Program-made: the position numbers and the translations under genes
Shown: positions 1 through 61,768 of the stretch, in pieces
How positions within the stretch are numbered: position 1 is the first letter of the stretch
Layout: every line of letters starts with the position of its first letter
NCBI GenBank assembly: GCA_051294375.1
Contig: CM119266.1
Coordinates: forward strand, 3,908,420-3,972,419
DNA from: Paraspadella gotoi
Lineage: Eukaryota; Animalia; Chaetognatha
Length of the DNA: 64,000 nt
Direction of reading: 5' to 3'
Notes under the pieces: generated by a model
Told to the model about the DNA's origin: nothing
What the model saw: only the letters and a program-made list of their open reading frames with translations
The model's database searches: none

Positions 1-54
1 CGCTACGATTGTCGATGAATCGTCTCTCTCTCTCTCTCTCTTCTCTCTCTTCTC

Positions 55-98
<44 letters not shown>

Positions 99-740
99 TC
101 CCCCTTTTATTGAAAAATAGATTATATCGGGGCATGGGGCTCCCCTTTAGAAAGGAATGGTTAAGATAGAAATGAAGAAAATAGCTCAAGTGAAGACAAG
201 AATTATATGGATATCTAAGTCAAGACGGAACTCGCCTGCTTAAAGTGGTATAGATACTGAACCATTTTAACGATATTAACACAGTCAAAACCAAAAGACA
301 GTAAGGGTAAGAATCACAATATTTCAGTTAACACTGAATAGAAAAATTGTAGGAAACGACGCTTATTTAATTTACGTTTTAACTTAGATAAAAAAGGAAT
401 AATTGAAAATATTTTTTTGTCATGACGCTTTAAAAACAAATGATCAATCCGAATCTGTATTACCCTAGGAATACCCGTTTCTTTTTTAAAAGAAAATATG
501 TCTTTTCAAATGAGGCTTTTAAAAAAAATTGGTCAAGCCGTAGTCAACACCTCCTGTTTAATATAAATTAATATGCAAATTAGTTTGGGATGAGCAGAAA
601 AAAACAAATGATCGAACTTCCATTCGATATCCTTTTTCTGTTTTCTTTCTAAGACATCAACGACTGCGCGTCTCGTCCTTGTCAAAATGGCGGCCAATGT
701 TACGATCTGGTCGCTGACTATTTCTGTCAGTGCAACCCGG
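1..740 (+). pseudogene. Tail of a further duplicate copy (intron + truncated EGF9 exon at 654-740)
   Basis: Matches ~9756-10490 and ~23931-24680. Confidence 0.75.
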
Positions 741-1970
741 GGCATTTGATGGCATTTATCAAGATCGACAATCCTATGGTAAGTAGATGGCGTTTGATGG
801 CATTTATCGAGATCGACGATCCTATGGTAAGTTGATGGCATTTGATGGCATTTATCAAGATCGACGATCCTATGGTAAATCGATGGAATTTGATGGCATT
901 TATCGAGATTGATGATCTTATGGTGAGGTGATGGCATTTGATAGCATTTATCAAGATCAATGATCCTATGGTAAGTCGATGGCATTTGATAGCATTTATC
1001 GAGATTGACGATCCTATGGTAAGTCGATGGCGTTTGATGGCATTTATCGAGATCGACGATCCTATNNNNNNNNNNNNNNNNNNNNNNNNNGGTGAGTTGA
1101 TGGCATTTGATGGCATTTATCGAGATCGACGATCCTATGTGAGTTGATGGCATTTGATGGCATATATCAGAGATCGACGATCCTATGGTAAGTTGATGGC
1201 AATTTGATGGCATTTATCAGATCGAGATCCTATGGTAGTGATGGCATTTGATGGCATTTATCAGAGATCGACGATCCTATGGTGAAGTTGATGGACATTG
1301 ATGGCATTTAGAGTCGAATTGATGGTGAAGGAGGATTTGGCATTTATCAGGACTCAATGGGGCTTCATTGCATTCTTTATATGGCTTTATCTTAAATTCG
1401 TCTTTCACAAATATGTGAGTTGAGGCATTGATGGCATTTGATGACGATCTATAGATGATTTATGCATATCAGATCGACGATCCTATGGTGAAGTTCGATG
1501 GCATTTGATGGCATTTATCGAGATGACGATCCTATGGTAGTTGATGGCATTGTGTATTGGCAGATTGATGGATCGAGAGGATCGAGTCGGTCAGGTCCTT
1601 GTCATTCGATTTGCTTATCTTATATGCTTTATAGATTCGTCGTCACTGGTAACATGCAGATGATATGAGATCGAGTCCTGATGTAGTCATATTGATGGCA
1701 TTTATCAGAGATCGACATCCTATGGTAAGTTGATGGCATTTGATGGCATTATGAATAGATCCTATGTAAGCGATGCTTGTATCGGACACGCCTATGGTGA
1801 GTTGATGGCATTTGATGGCATTTATCGAGATGACGATCCTATGGTGAGTTGATGGAGTTGGATGGACTTGAGTGAATTGATGGTGAGAGAGGATGGAGTC
1901 GGTTCAGGGGCCTTTTCATCATTCTTTTATTCTATATTCTTTATTAATTCGATTTCTTTCACTAAATAAT
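741..1970 (+). repeat. Second copy of the 48-bp minisatellite array (gap at 1066-1090; noisy 3' half)
   Basis: Order of unit variants at 741-1000 matches ~15150-15390. Confidence 0.9.
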
Positions 1971-2660
1971 TCATTTTTTTAATAAATAATTCCATCTTTC
2001 ATTAATTAATTCAATTGTCCTTTCTACCCCTGTCCCCCCTCTCCCCCCCGCGCCAGGTCTCCGACGCCCCGCGATCGAATCCCGAGGCCTCGAGATCGAA
2101 CTCGAGGCGCACCCTCTCCTCGTCGCGGAACCGGAATCGGGATCAAAAGCTCTTTCGCTGACGGGATGGAACAGTACGGTCGATTTTAGGGTCGATCCCA
2201 ATTCCTGTCTGGGGAACACTCCTTCTGCGACAAGGGTTGTCCTGGAAACGATGAGGTGAGAGAGAGAGAGGGGAGAGAGAGAGAGAGAGAGTCTATAAAT
2301 TCGTTGGTATAAAATAAACTAGACTGTCATAGAGTCTTGATTTAAAGTTTTGCCAGAGTTCTGCTTTGTCATTATCTTATAAAAGGCATTGACCTCCATG
2401 GCCTGTCCAAAATCATGGGCAAGTTATCTTATTTGATAACTTGATCATTTTTATATTAATTATACATATTATAAAACATTTAAATTAAGGTTCGCTTCGA
2501 CGAAAAACGTCGGGACAATTTGGAACGAACCGTCGTCTCTGGTCCAGGATACAAGTCTGGACAGAAGAGGGTCAGTTGTACGCGGCCGTCTCTCAACGGA
2601 CTCATAGATGGGAGACTAAGACCCCGTACAACGCGGGACTCTGGTATCGGATTGAGGTAG

Positions 2661-2742
<82 letters not shown>

Positions 2743-2755
2743 AGAGAAGAGAGAA

Positions 2756-2791
<36 letters not shown>

Positions 2792-4137
2792 TGCATATTT
2801 GTATATGGATAATATATAATGTTAGTTTAAGTTTAAAAAAAAGAAATAAGATTTATTATAATTTCGTAATCCGTAAATATTTGTAAGACTTTGTTATATG
2901 TATATTACACTTTAATTCTTTACGTTATTTTTGTCGCGCTCACGTTATGTTTGTTTATTTATGTAAAATAAAAAAGTCGATATCAAAGGTCCACCCACGC
3001 ATCTCGATAATTACAGCGAAATCCGATAAATATCAAGCGCGCGCCTGAAAAAAAAAATTAGAGAGAACCATGAAAAAATATTAATTTCTTAAAAAGAATC
3101 TTGACGATAATAATAATATTTAAATTATAAACAATATATAATAATAAATAAATGATGAATAAGTAAATGATAAATAATATATCGTAATCTTGACGATATA
3201 AATAAGCTTTAAATGATAAATAAGAAAAAAATAAATAAATAAATGATAAATTAATATGTATATAAATATTTTACAATATTAAACTGCCCCCTCTCTAGAT
3301 CTCGTGGCACAAACGTGGCGGGCTCCGTCTCGCAATCGGCGATGACGACGTGGCCATAGACCTTGAACCGAAGTGGACCGGCTCAGAACCGCGCCCTGGT
3401 CTCAGGCGAACCCTTCGTCCTACATCGGGCGTCTCCGGACGACGAACTTCGAATGGCAGGTGCCAATCAAACGCCCATTCTGCCGTCTCGATTCAGAATC
3501 TTCGGTTCAGCGAAGGATCGAGAGGAATTTTATTCGATACTAACTTCATTTCGCCCGACACGGTGACGGTGAGTCGTGGTGGTTTAGTGGGTAGAATGCT
3601 TGGCTTTCTTGCCCACGAGATCAAGGGGTTCGATTCCTGTCCTATGACCTTATTTCGTACCTGTCAAATCGGTTACCAATTTTGTTAGTATTATTACTTA
3701 ATCTTATAAAACTTGTCCAAAATCAGGATAAAGTGTTAATTTATATATTCAATGAATGTAAACCAATATACTATTTATAATACTATCTTGCCCTATTTGG
3801 ACAGGCTTGGTGTTAAGGCTCCATCTCTTCAAGATATGAATGCAGCCCTAATTTATGAAACTCTACTACATCATCACAGATGAAATGAAATGAAATTGAA
3901 ATGAAATGAAATTGAAATGAAATGACATTATCTGTTCAAGGCCCGGAACTAATTTACACCTGTTGATAATTTCACATATCAATGAGTTTTTAATAAAAAA
4001 ATGAATAAGAAACGATAATAAATGACAATTTCTCTTCAAACAAAAACAACTAATGTTTAATTAATTTAATCCCACAGGTTATGGCGGTTTGATGTGGACG
4101 ATGAGATTCGAGCGGCGGCGGCGGAGGAAGCGGGAGT

Positions 4138-4227
<90 letters not shown>

Positions 4228-7200
4228 GCGGTAAACATCATAACAAAACCTTATCACAATTTATTCCTCTTTCGCTTTGGGTTTTTTTTTCTATTTATAA
4301 AAAAAATATTTATTGCGTTTTCCATCACGTTTATTCTCGTTTTATTTCGATATCATAAAAGGTGGTTACATTGTCAGGTTTCTATTGAGTTATTTTCGTC
4401 CTGCCGAAGGTGATGACGTAAATAAGATAATAATTTTGGTAATGATAATATTAATTATTAATTAACATTTCCCTATTCATTCATCTTCTAGATTCATCAA
4501 TGGTACCAACGGAGTTAAAGTCCTTCCTCACGGTGAAGCCAAAGTCTCACGCGGTGGCCACGACGGTGATAAGATGCTCGATCTCACAGCCCCTCATTCT
4601 TACGCCAACAATCGAATTTGCTCGCAGATCGGCAAACCTTCTTGCTTCCAAGATCTGTCCATTTGCTCAATGGGTATCACTCTTCAATTTTGGCTCAAGG
4701 CTCAGAGTTGGGCTTCCAGCTGCTGCGTGGTTAGCAACGGGAGCCGAAGTCAAGACTCGAGGTTATCCCAAATTCCCTGGACTTTCCTTTCGCCAGGCCA
4801 ATGGCCGCCTGGTCCTAACTCTGGCCACGAGGAATCATTGGTGGGAATTGACGACCTCATTGCCATCTATCGAACACTGGCATTTTTACGAGTTGACCTT
4901 TGACCCTAAATCTGGACTTGGTCTGTTCATAGATGGAACTCTTGTTGGCGAAGCGACAGAACCTCAACGTCCGAGGATCTGACGCCAATGTATCCCCATT
5001 CTCTACCAGCCTTTCACTCGGCATCTGTCCTGCTCAATCCGGGCCGCCTTGCTTCGGCCGTCACGTCTATGACGACCTCAAGATCTTCTACGCGTCACGT
5101 GACGCCTCCAACGCGCGGGAGTCATCTTCCGCGATCTTCGCTACAACGTCAAGAAAAGCGTCTTGATTGGCGACGATAAAGAAGACGATGAGTGACGAAC
5201 CTGGAACAAACTCGATCTCACTGGACGAAGCGATGGTCACGATTCACGGAAGTCCAGAGGAAGTTTTATCCGAAGATGAAGAAAAGAAAGCATTGAGATT
5301 TTGGTTACGAACACCAAAATGTCAACATCGCTCCCAAAAAGGAAGCTGCTTGGAAGATGTCAACAAATGTGACCATGGAATGACGATGAAAACCAAAGTT
5401 CGTTTTTCATAACCTTGACAATTATTTTTATCTGATCGATTCTCCGAATTTAGCCGTGTTTTACTGGACGGTTCGCTTAATTTTAAAGTGGACTCGCCCA
5501 ATAGAGCTGTCAGTCGATCTGGATGGTACCGGTAGCCGTTTCTCCAGGAAAGTGGTACAAGCTTGCTTGCAGTTGGCATCACAACGAAGGTCTTTCGGTC
5601 TTCGTTGACGACAAGTTGGCCGGATTTCAAGAAGATCCAGACAAAGTGGGAACATGGCGACGAAGACATTGATGTAGCCAACCTGTAAGGGGAGACATTT
5701 ATGTAGGAAGACCGCACAAGGCTCTTCCAGGTGGAAGGAGACACGCATTGCTCTTTCGATATGGAAAACATTGAATTCCTCTGACACTAGTGTCTCTGTT
5801 GCTAAAGATATTGAATCCGTGAGTTCTGATACCATAGACAGTCGCAATTTTATTGTGGATACTTTATTTGCTGGCGACGCCATCCCCACCCAGATGGAAC
5901 CTTCGCCGTTTATGGTGGTCCTCTTTCGACTAAAGGTGTTGGATCAAGCAAAGCAATCCTTTTAGATGATAACAAAAAGCAATATGTTGTTCTTACTCCC
6001 CACCTGGATCCTGTTTGGGCGATTCTGATATTCGTCGTTGTTCCAATGGATTGACGACTTCTGCTTGGTTCATGCCTCGATTCCTTCGATCATCTCTGAC
6101 CCCCTTCATGTTGATCGGTGGCAAGACATCAACTCGGCCCAAACTTTCCATGTATTACCAAGATTCGAAACTCCATGCGGTCGTCCGCACACCAACTGAG
6201 AGTGGCATGCTGAGGTCGAGCGCCTCTTCTAAACATGGTGGCAATTTTTTGAAGTCACGTGCATCCGGTATTTGGATTAAGCGTCTTTGCTAACGACACA
6301 ATCATTGCCCGCGCTGAATCTTCAACACCATTGCTCACAACACTCCCACAACAACAGCCTCCGTTAATTCTGCCATTGTGATTGGCAAGTCTGAGCGATC
6401 TGGTAGATTGCCAATTTTCTCTGATACATTGATGGGAGATGTCAAGTTATCAGATGCTCGTCGCGAATCGATGCTAGAGCAGGTGTCATCAGTCGTGGTT
6501 TTGCTCCATTCATTATTCTTCGCGATCGCATTGACTTTTCCACTCTCTCTCCCAAATGATGTTGGAAGCGTAATCCCCTGCGGAAACATCTACCATGCGT
6601 AATCTCTGGCCCAGCCTGCCAAGCTTGACCCTTCTAGCCCTGTCGGTGCCAATTAGTTTGAAGGTGATACAGCTGGAAAATATTCAACGCCAGTGCGTTC
6701 AGCTAGACGAGGAATACAGCTACACTATCCAAAGCTGAATTTCCCAGAAACCACAAGAAACGCGACTTTCATTGAAATCGTAATTTTAGACTCGGTTCGC
6801 TCAACGGGATCCTGGTCGGCACTTTTGCCAACAAGGGACGGCATGTCAGTCCGTACTGCCCGTCTTTCAGCCCAATCAAATATACAATCTCTCTTTCTCT
6901 TGGCATCCAGTAGTTGGACTCACTTTGTGGCAAGGAGGCAAATTCGTGAATTCTGACCGAACTCCGTCTCGCGTAAAGATTCCTCATCCAGCTGGCCGAG
7001 GATAGCAACATTGGTAATGACTTAGATCGTCGGTCGAGGACTCAACCGCGGATCAGGAGCTCCGGCATTCTCGAAGATCAATGTTGTCAGCATCGATGTG
7101 ACTAACTCAACAGTAGAAAACATCGAGAGCAAGAAGGTATATCTCAATAAGAACCACGTAATCCAACACGACGTAGAATTCATGTCCCAACTCCATCGAC

Positions 7201-9580
7201 CATCGGTCTTCCTACAACCTACCGACCGACCACTCCAATAACGACCACACCACAACCTCCATACCTGGAGCACAACGGGACTCCAGTTCGCCTTGTGGGC
7301 GGGAAGACTCCCTTCGAAGGCGCGCGAGGTTTACTACAAGGACGAATGGGGATCAGTTTGCGATGATAACTTTGGCGATGTCATTGGCGAAGTCGTCTGT
7401 CAAAACTTGGCTATGGTCCTCTGGAAGCAGACTTATGGCAGCGACGACAACCGATGGTCAATCAAGGCAATCGATCTCTTCGGTCGTGGTACTGGACCCA
7501 TCGCTATTGACACAAATTACTTCACTTGTCTCGGCGGAGAAACTGAACTCCTGATTGCATCTGGGATCAAAATAAAGAGAATGATTGCAGCCACGACGAA
7601 GATGGGGAATCAGATGCCGACGTCGGATGGCGATGATTGCGCCTCTCGTCCTTGCTTCAATGGCGGCACCTGTACTGACGAGCCTTGGGACTACACCTGC
7701 GCCTGCAAGCCCGGCTACACTGGCAAGAATTGCGAGATCGATGTGGACGAGTGTTACTCCGATCCTTGTCGCAATAACGCTGAATGCCTCGATGAAATCA
7801 ATGGAACCGTTGCATTTGTAATCCTGGTTACGCCGGCGTCAACTGCGAGACGGATCTCATGAATGCGCATCCAAGCCTTGCCTCAATGGTGGATCTTGCA
7901 CAGACAAACCAAACATTACGTTTGCTCTTGCATCTTGGATTCGCTGGACAAAATTGTCAGATCAACATCGATGACTGCAGATCGGCACATGCCTCAACAA
8001 CGCGCAATGCGTCGATGGAATCAACAGTTACTCTGCATCTGTCCACGTGGTTCGTTGGTCGAAGGTCGAGATCAACGTGGACGAATGCGCGCCTGGACCT
8101 TGCGCGCATGGACGGTGCGTGATCAGGTGGCTGGTTACAGGTGCATTTTGCGACGAAGATGGGACGGACCGAATTGCAACATCATAAGAACGAGTGCGGA
8201 TCGGATCCTTGTCGCATGGAGCCCCATGTGTGGATGGCATCAATGAATACACTTGCCAATGTCTGCCGGGCTACACTGGAAAGGATGTGAGATTGGTGAG
8301 AAAGATTGAGAAAAGATGAGGAGAGAGAGGAGAGAGAGGTGTGATGGAATCATAGGCATAACGTTTTAAAAAAATCAATTATTCTTATAAAAAGTAAAAC
8401 AATAAAACAGAAAACGAAAAATGTTTAATTTGGATTTTGTCGAAAATAAAAGAGACTTTAGATATAAATAAATATTTTTTATTTTTTAATTCAGACATAA
8501 ACGAATGTTTTCGTCGCCTTGCTCAAAACGGAGGGACTTGTTCCGATCACCCTAATTACTTACCTGCAAATGTCAACCAGGATACACGGGCGAAAAGTGA
8601 GTTATTAAAATTAGTTTTAATTTAGATATCTTGATAAAAAACTTCGGTTTTTAATCAAAACCTTTGGTTGTATCTACCGTGAACCGATTATATTATTTTA
8701 TCATAAGTTGTGACTCATTTTACTAAAGCTAATAATCAGTTTCGTTCTTTATTTCATTTTTCTTTGCTTCTTTATTTTGTCTTCTATGTTCTTTCTTTCT
8801 TTTCTTCTTTCTTCTTCTTTCTTTTCTTTTTCTTTCTTCCTCTCTCTCTCTTTCTCTTCCCTCTTTTCCCGCCATTTTGATTGACAGGTGCGAGATTGAG
8901 GTCAATGAATGATCTCCGCCCTTGTCTCAACGGCGGCACCTGCACAGACAAAATCAACGCCTTCTGAGTGCACCTGTCCCCAAGGATGGCGAGGAATCAA
9001 ATGCGAAATCAGTGAGTCGATTTTAACAGATGCAACTGCGATTAAAGGGGAGAGTGGGATGAACTGTGAACGGGTTTGGGGTGAGGTGAAAAGGACAGGT
9101 GTGAACTGTGTCGATGACATGGAAAAGGACATGTGTCAAACATGCAGACACTTAGAACACCCTAGAGGTCAATGTGAAACGTGTGGACAACATGAAAAGG
9201 GCAGTCTGCGAAAAACTGAACCATGTTTAAAAGTGTGAAGATCAGATGTAAAGAGTTTAAAATGTAACAGTAATAGTGAGATGCGTAGAGGATCCTTCCA
9301 TTGCTTTCATCGACACCCGACAATCCGCAAACTGGCAAAGATGCTTCGATGAGATGGCGGCTAGAAAGACAGACGTCGACGGAATAAACATAAACTCCGA
9401 CGCGTTGTTGGGAACGGAGGAGGGACGAGAGCGTTAATTAGCGGAGTCACCGTGGAGTGGAATCTCCACGAGCGAAAGGGGAAAAAAAACTTCATTGCAA
9501 ATTCTGACTTTTTATAAAAAAGATTTCTCGTGCGTAAAATGAGAGGGAGGGGACTGACCGATAATTTTGAGAGAGAAAAT

Positions 9581-9630
<50 letters not shown>

Positions 9631-9777
9631 GAGAGAGAGAGAGAGAGATGAGAGACAGAGAGAGAGAAGAGAGAAGAGCAGAGAGAGAAAGATTGCAACG
9701 GGATTTTTTTTAATGAAAATTCTTGATGCGAAAAAACGGTTAGGCATCAGGGCGCCGCTACGATTGTCGATGAATCG

Positions 9778-9853
<76 letters not shown>

Positions 9854-10490
9854 TCCCCTTTTATTGAAAAATAGATTTATCGGGCATGGGGCTCCCTTTA
9901 GAAAAGGAATGGTAAGATAGAAATGAAGAAGAATAGCTCAAGTGAAGACAAGAATTATATGGATATCTAAGTCAAGACGGAACTCGCCTGCTTAAAGTGG
10001 TATAATACGAACCATTTTAACGATATTAACACAGTCGAAAACAAAAGACAGTAAGGGTAAGAATCACAATATTTCAGTTAACACTGAATAGAAAAATTGT
10101 AGTGAAACGACGCTTATTTAATTTACGTTTTAACTTAGATAAAAAAGGAATAATTGAAAATATTTTTGTCATGACGCTTTAAAAACAAATGATCAATCCG
10201 AATCTGTATTACCCTAGGAATACCGTTTCTTTTTTAAAAGAAAATATGTCTTTTCAAATGAGGCTTTTAAAAAAAATTGGTCAAGCCGGTAGTCAACACC
10301 TCCTGTTTAATATAAATTTAATATGCAAATTAGTTGGGATGAGGCAGAAAAAAACAAATGATCGAACCTCCATTCGATATCCTTTTTCTGTTTGTCTTTC
10401 TAAGACATCAACGACTGCGCGTCTCGTCCTTGTCAAAATGGCGGCCAATGTTACGATTGGTTGCTGACTATTTCTGTCAGTGCAACCCGG
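741..10490 (+). pseudogene. Indel-riddled duplicate of ~15150-24680 (LamG/SRCR/EGF exons); second haplotype, paralog or assembly artefact
   Basis: Colinear near-identity with the main copy, including introns; dozens of 1-nt indels; last EGF exon truncated at 10490. Confidence 0.7.
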
Positions 10491-10597
10491 GGCATTTATC
10501 GAGATCGACGATCCTATGGTGAGTTGATGGAGTTGGATGGACTTGGAGTGAATTGATGGTGAGAGAGGATGGNNNNNNNNNNNNNNNNNNNNNNNNN

Positions 10598-11176
10598 CTG
10601 GAACACTACGCCTGGGATGGTGTGTTCCCCCTCTGAGCCATTGGATTTGGCTGAACGATGGTGACGTGAGGCGGTGTGAATATACCGCCACAGGATCCCC
10701 GACCAAGACATCACTCAGGTTCCTCAAGCCTGAGAGGTGTCTGACAAGACTGTCACCATAGTGGGAGAGAGAGAGAGCGCGAGTTGTGGGGCATAGGCGT
10801 TTGTCGTAGCGTACCCCAGGGCATAGGCGTTTTGTCGTAGCGTACCCAAAATCGGCAGGGCATAGGCGTTTGTCGTAGCGTACCCTGAGAAGGTTGCGTG
10901 TTCGATAGTAGGGCTCACCACTTATGGCAACAGCCGGGTTGCTGTGATGCCCATTGGGATGGGGCATCTCACTGTTGGCTTTGGGGGCTTCCGACCCTCA
11001 GTGACGCCTCCAGGTCACTGGCGCGGTTACCCTAGGACGGTCTCGCTTTGCCAACGCAGAGGGAAGTCGTTAGGACTGTGGATGGAACACTACGCCTGGG
11101 ATGGTGTGTTCCCCCTCTGAGCCATTGGATTTGGCTGAACGATGGTGGACGTGAGGCGGTGGAATATACCGCCACA
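10598..11176. mobile_element. TRIM-like non-autonomous mini LTR element
   Basis: ~100-bp direct repeats at 10598-10692 (clipped by the gap) and 11077-11176 with TGTGG...CCACA termini; 384-bp non-coding interior; TSD not checkable. Confidence 0.7.
10788..10885 (+). repeat. Three copies of GGGCATAGGCGTTTGTCGTAGCGTACCC inside the TRIM-like element
   Basis: Read directly. Confidence 0.9.
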
Positions 11177-11194
11177 CTATCTCTATTCTGTTAC

Positions 11195-11425
11195 CAAACT
11201 TTTAACTCTAATCCCTAACACTATCTTATTTATTCTAACTTTAAACCTTAAACTTAAACCCTCACCTATTTTTAACTCTAATCCCGAACCTAAATTAACC
11301 TAATCCTCACCTTAATTCCTAAAGTAATCTATAACCTAATACTCAACCTTAATTCTAAAGTAATCTATAACCTAATACTCAACCTTCACCTATAATTAAT
11401 CTTTAAAATCATAATCTAACTTAAT
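11195..11425 (+). repeat. Degenerate CCTAA/TAACC-rich tract containing a ~38-bp tandem duplication
   Basis: AAAGTAATCTATAACCTAATACTCAACCTT occurs twice. Confidence 0.6.
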
Positions 11426-12157
11426 TTCCAATTAAAGGCGAAATTGGGCGCTTGCGAAAATGAGGCGTCGACCTCTAAATTTTAAAGAAAAAGAATTTTG
11501 GTGAAATAAAAATTAATGAGAAAAGAAATTTATCTTTTGACGTCGAAGCGAAAGGAAATTTTCTAAATGTGGTTGTCGCTAAGAACATTTCCAAAGATTT
11601 GAGGTAATCAAGGGGCACATGAGAATATTTCAGAAAGAAAAGGACTTATATGTAAATCTCTGGAAATTGATAAAGACATGTATGGAGATGGAAAAGGTCA
11701 TTTAGAGGCATTTCAGATCAGGGCATTGTATGCATTGGTATGGCATGGAAGGATATATAATAGCGACATTTGATGACATGTAAGGTATGCTAGGACATTT
11801 CAAGACATTTTAGGACATTTCAGGTCACGTTAACATTTAATAATTATATTCTTTAATTATTATCTTTAAAAACGTTTATATAGACATTAAACCATAATTC
11901 AAGATGGCCGACGCTTCATCAACGTTTAAATCTCGTTTCTACTTCCATTCTTTGTTACGTCACCGCGTAAATAAAACGCGTTACGCGCCCGGGAACGACG
12001 GATGACATCTCACGGGAATAAAATAAAATATCTATAAATAATGAATAAAATACATTTGTTTCGTTGAAACGAGAAAATAAAATTAATAAAAAAGTTGATG
12101 TCGTTAAAAAAATAATGAATTGGATTGAATTCATATTCATTTCCGCTTCCGATTTCA

Positions 12158-12375
12158 TCACTGACAGATGACAGTTTTTATTTTTATCACTGACAGATGA
12201 CAGTTTTTATTTTTATCACTGACAGATGACAGTTTTTATTTTTATCACTGACAGATGACAGTTTTTATTTTTTATCACTGACAGATGACAGTTTTTATTT
12301 TTTATCACTGGACAGATGACAGTTTTTATTTTTTATCACTGGACAGATGACAGTTTGTATTTTTTATCACAGTCA
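12158..12375 (+). repeat. ~30-bp minisatellite x7 (TCACTGACAGATGACAGTTTTTATTTTTTA)
   Basis: Read directly. Confidence 0.92.
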
Positions 12376-13749
12376 GATTATGTCAGGAAAATCGTCGTAG
12401 AAAGTTTTAATAAAATATATTAGGCTTTGCATCGTTCGAATCGAAGTTCCGATCAAGATTCCTTTATATGTCACTTCTATTTTAAATTTCCTATCGATCG
12501 TAACCAAATTTATTTAAAAATTCTAAATAGTTAGAAAACGATGCTCATCCCCAAAAATATAAAAAAAAAGGTAGCTCATATTTATAACAATTCTAAGGAC
12601 TCGTGTTCGCGCCCTAATTTTAATGACGAATTTTTTAATTGCGACCCCATTACAACTTAAATACTGAATCGAGTTAATTTTTTCAGTTTAAAAATTAGTT
12701 TAGATGGGATTAAGTTTTTTTGTGAGAGAATAAGGGTAGATATCAAGTTTGAAATTATTTCAGGGAAAAGAAATAGTGAGCCCTAAATAAATAAAACGAA
12801 TAAATCAATAATTAATCAATAAAGTGACGAGAGGAGAACATTTGCTTAATAACACATTAAAATCACATCTTGATTACGCAGCGTTACTCTTTAAAAGTCG
12901 GTCAAAAGAAGGACAGAAGCTGTGATTATAAATCGATAAAAGGATCACGAATTTCACAATCGTCTCACGTGACATTCACCGTCCCTTTTTTCTCTTCTTC
13001 ATCTCACGCCCACGCATTTTTTTATTTCCCTTTTAATGATAGATATTTATTGATGAGAGTTCACCTTTGTCATACATCGTTTGATATTTGACAGTGTCTA
13101 GTGACGTAATAACAAAGCTCAACAAAAAGAGTGTTCTGTACATTACATCCGTATTGGTAGTGGATAAAATTTCAGAACCCATCGTTCTCCGAACCCAATG
13201 GTCCCGGGTTTTTTGCCCTGGTCCGAACAGTCCATGCAAAAAGAGTGACGGGCCGTTAAACCACCGCGAGCAAGCGAAGTTTCGCAAAGGAAGGCAACTG
13301 TCGGAAAAATCTTCCAGACCCACTGGGCACACGAAGTGTGGGGCTATTCATACCCTCAGAAAGGCACGGCGACCCTCTCTCCTATCGGTCACTTCCAAGA
13401 TCCCTTTGTGACAATTTGTTATTTGTCTTTTTTATAAACTAAAAATCGACATTGATTATACTCTTGACGAATGATATGATATCAAATAAGGATAGTTGAA
13501 GTGAAGTGATAGTGAAATGATTGTCAATGATTATTAATCAAATTTAAATAAAAAACATAAAATCCATCAACGTTTACCAACCAGCTTGTAGGCCGCCTAC
13601 AAATTAAATAGTACCTGGCGCCTAACCAGCCTGGACTATAAGAGCTTAGTAGTGTGGACGACGGAAAATATCACAGGGACTGCTAATTTTCCAACGGTCA
13701 GAGATTCTTTCATAAATATTTCGTCTCTTTGTTCAATCCCGTGTTACAG

Positions 13750-61768
<48,019 letters not shown>

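Noticed and set aside
533-1213. Minus-strand repeat ORFs ([16 protein letters not shown])n, also at 14709-16246
   Set aside because: By-product of the 48-bp (16-codon) minisatellite; antisense to the real gene and frame-broken between copies
10788-10885. 28-bp repeats resembling a mini CRISPR array
   Set aside because: Only 1-10 nt between repeats, no unique spacers, no cas genes, eukaryotic context
11077-11176. Hammerhead retrozyme or 5S-containing (Cassandra-type) LTR
   Set aside because: No CUGANGA...GAAA core on either strand and no convincing 5S rRNA similarity by eye
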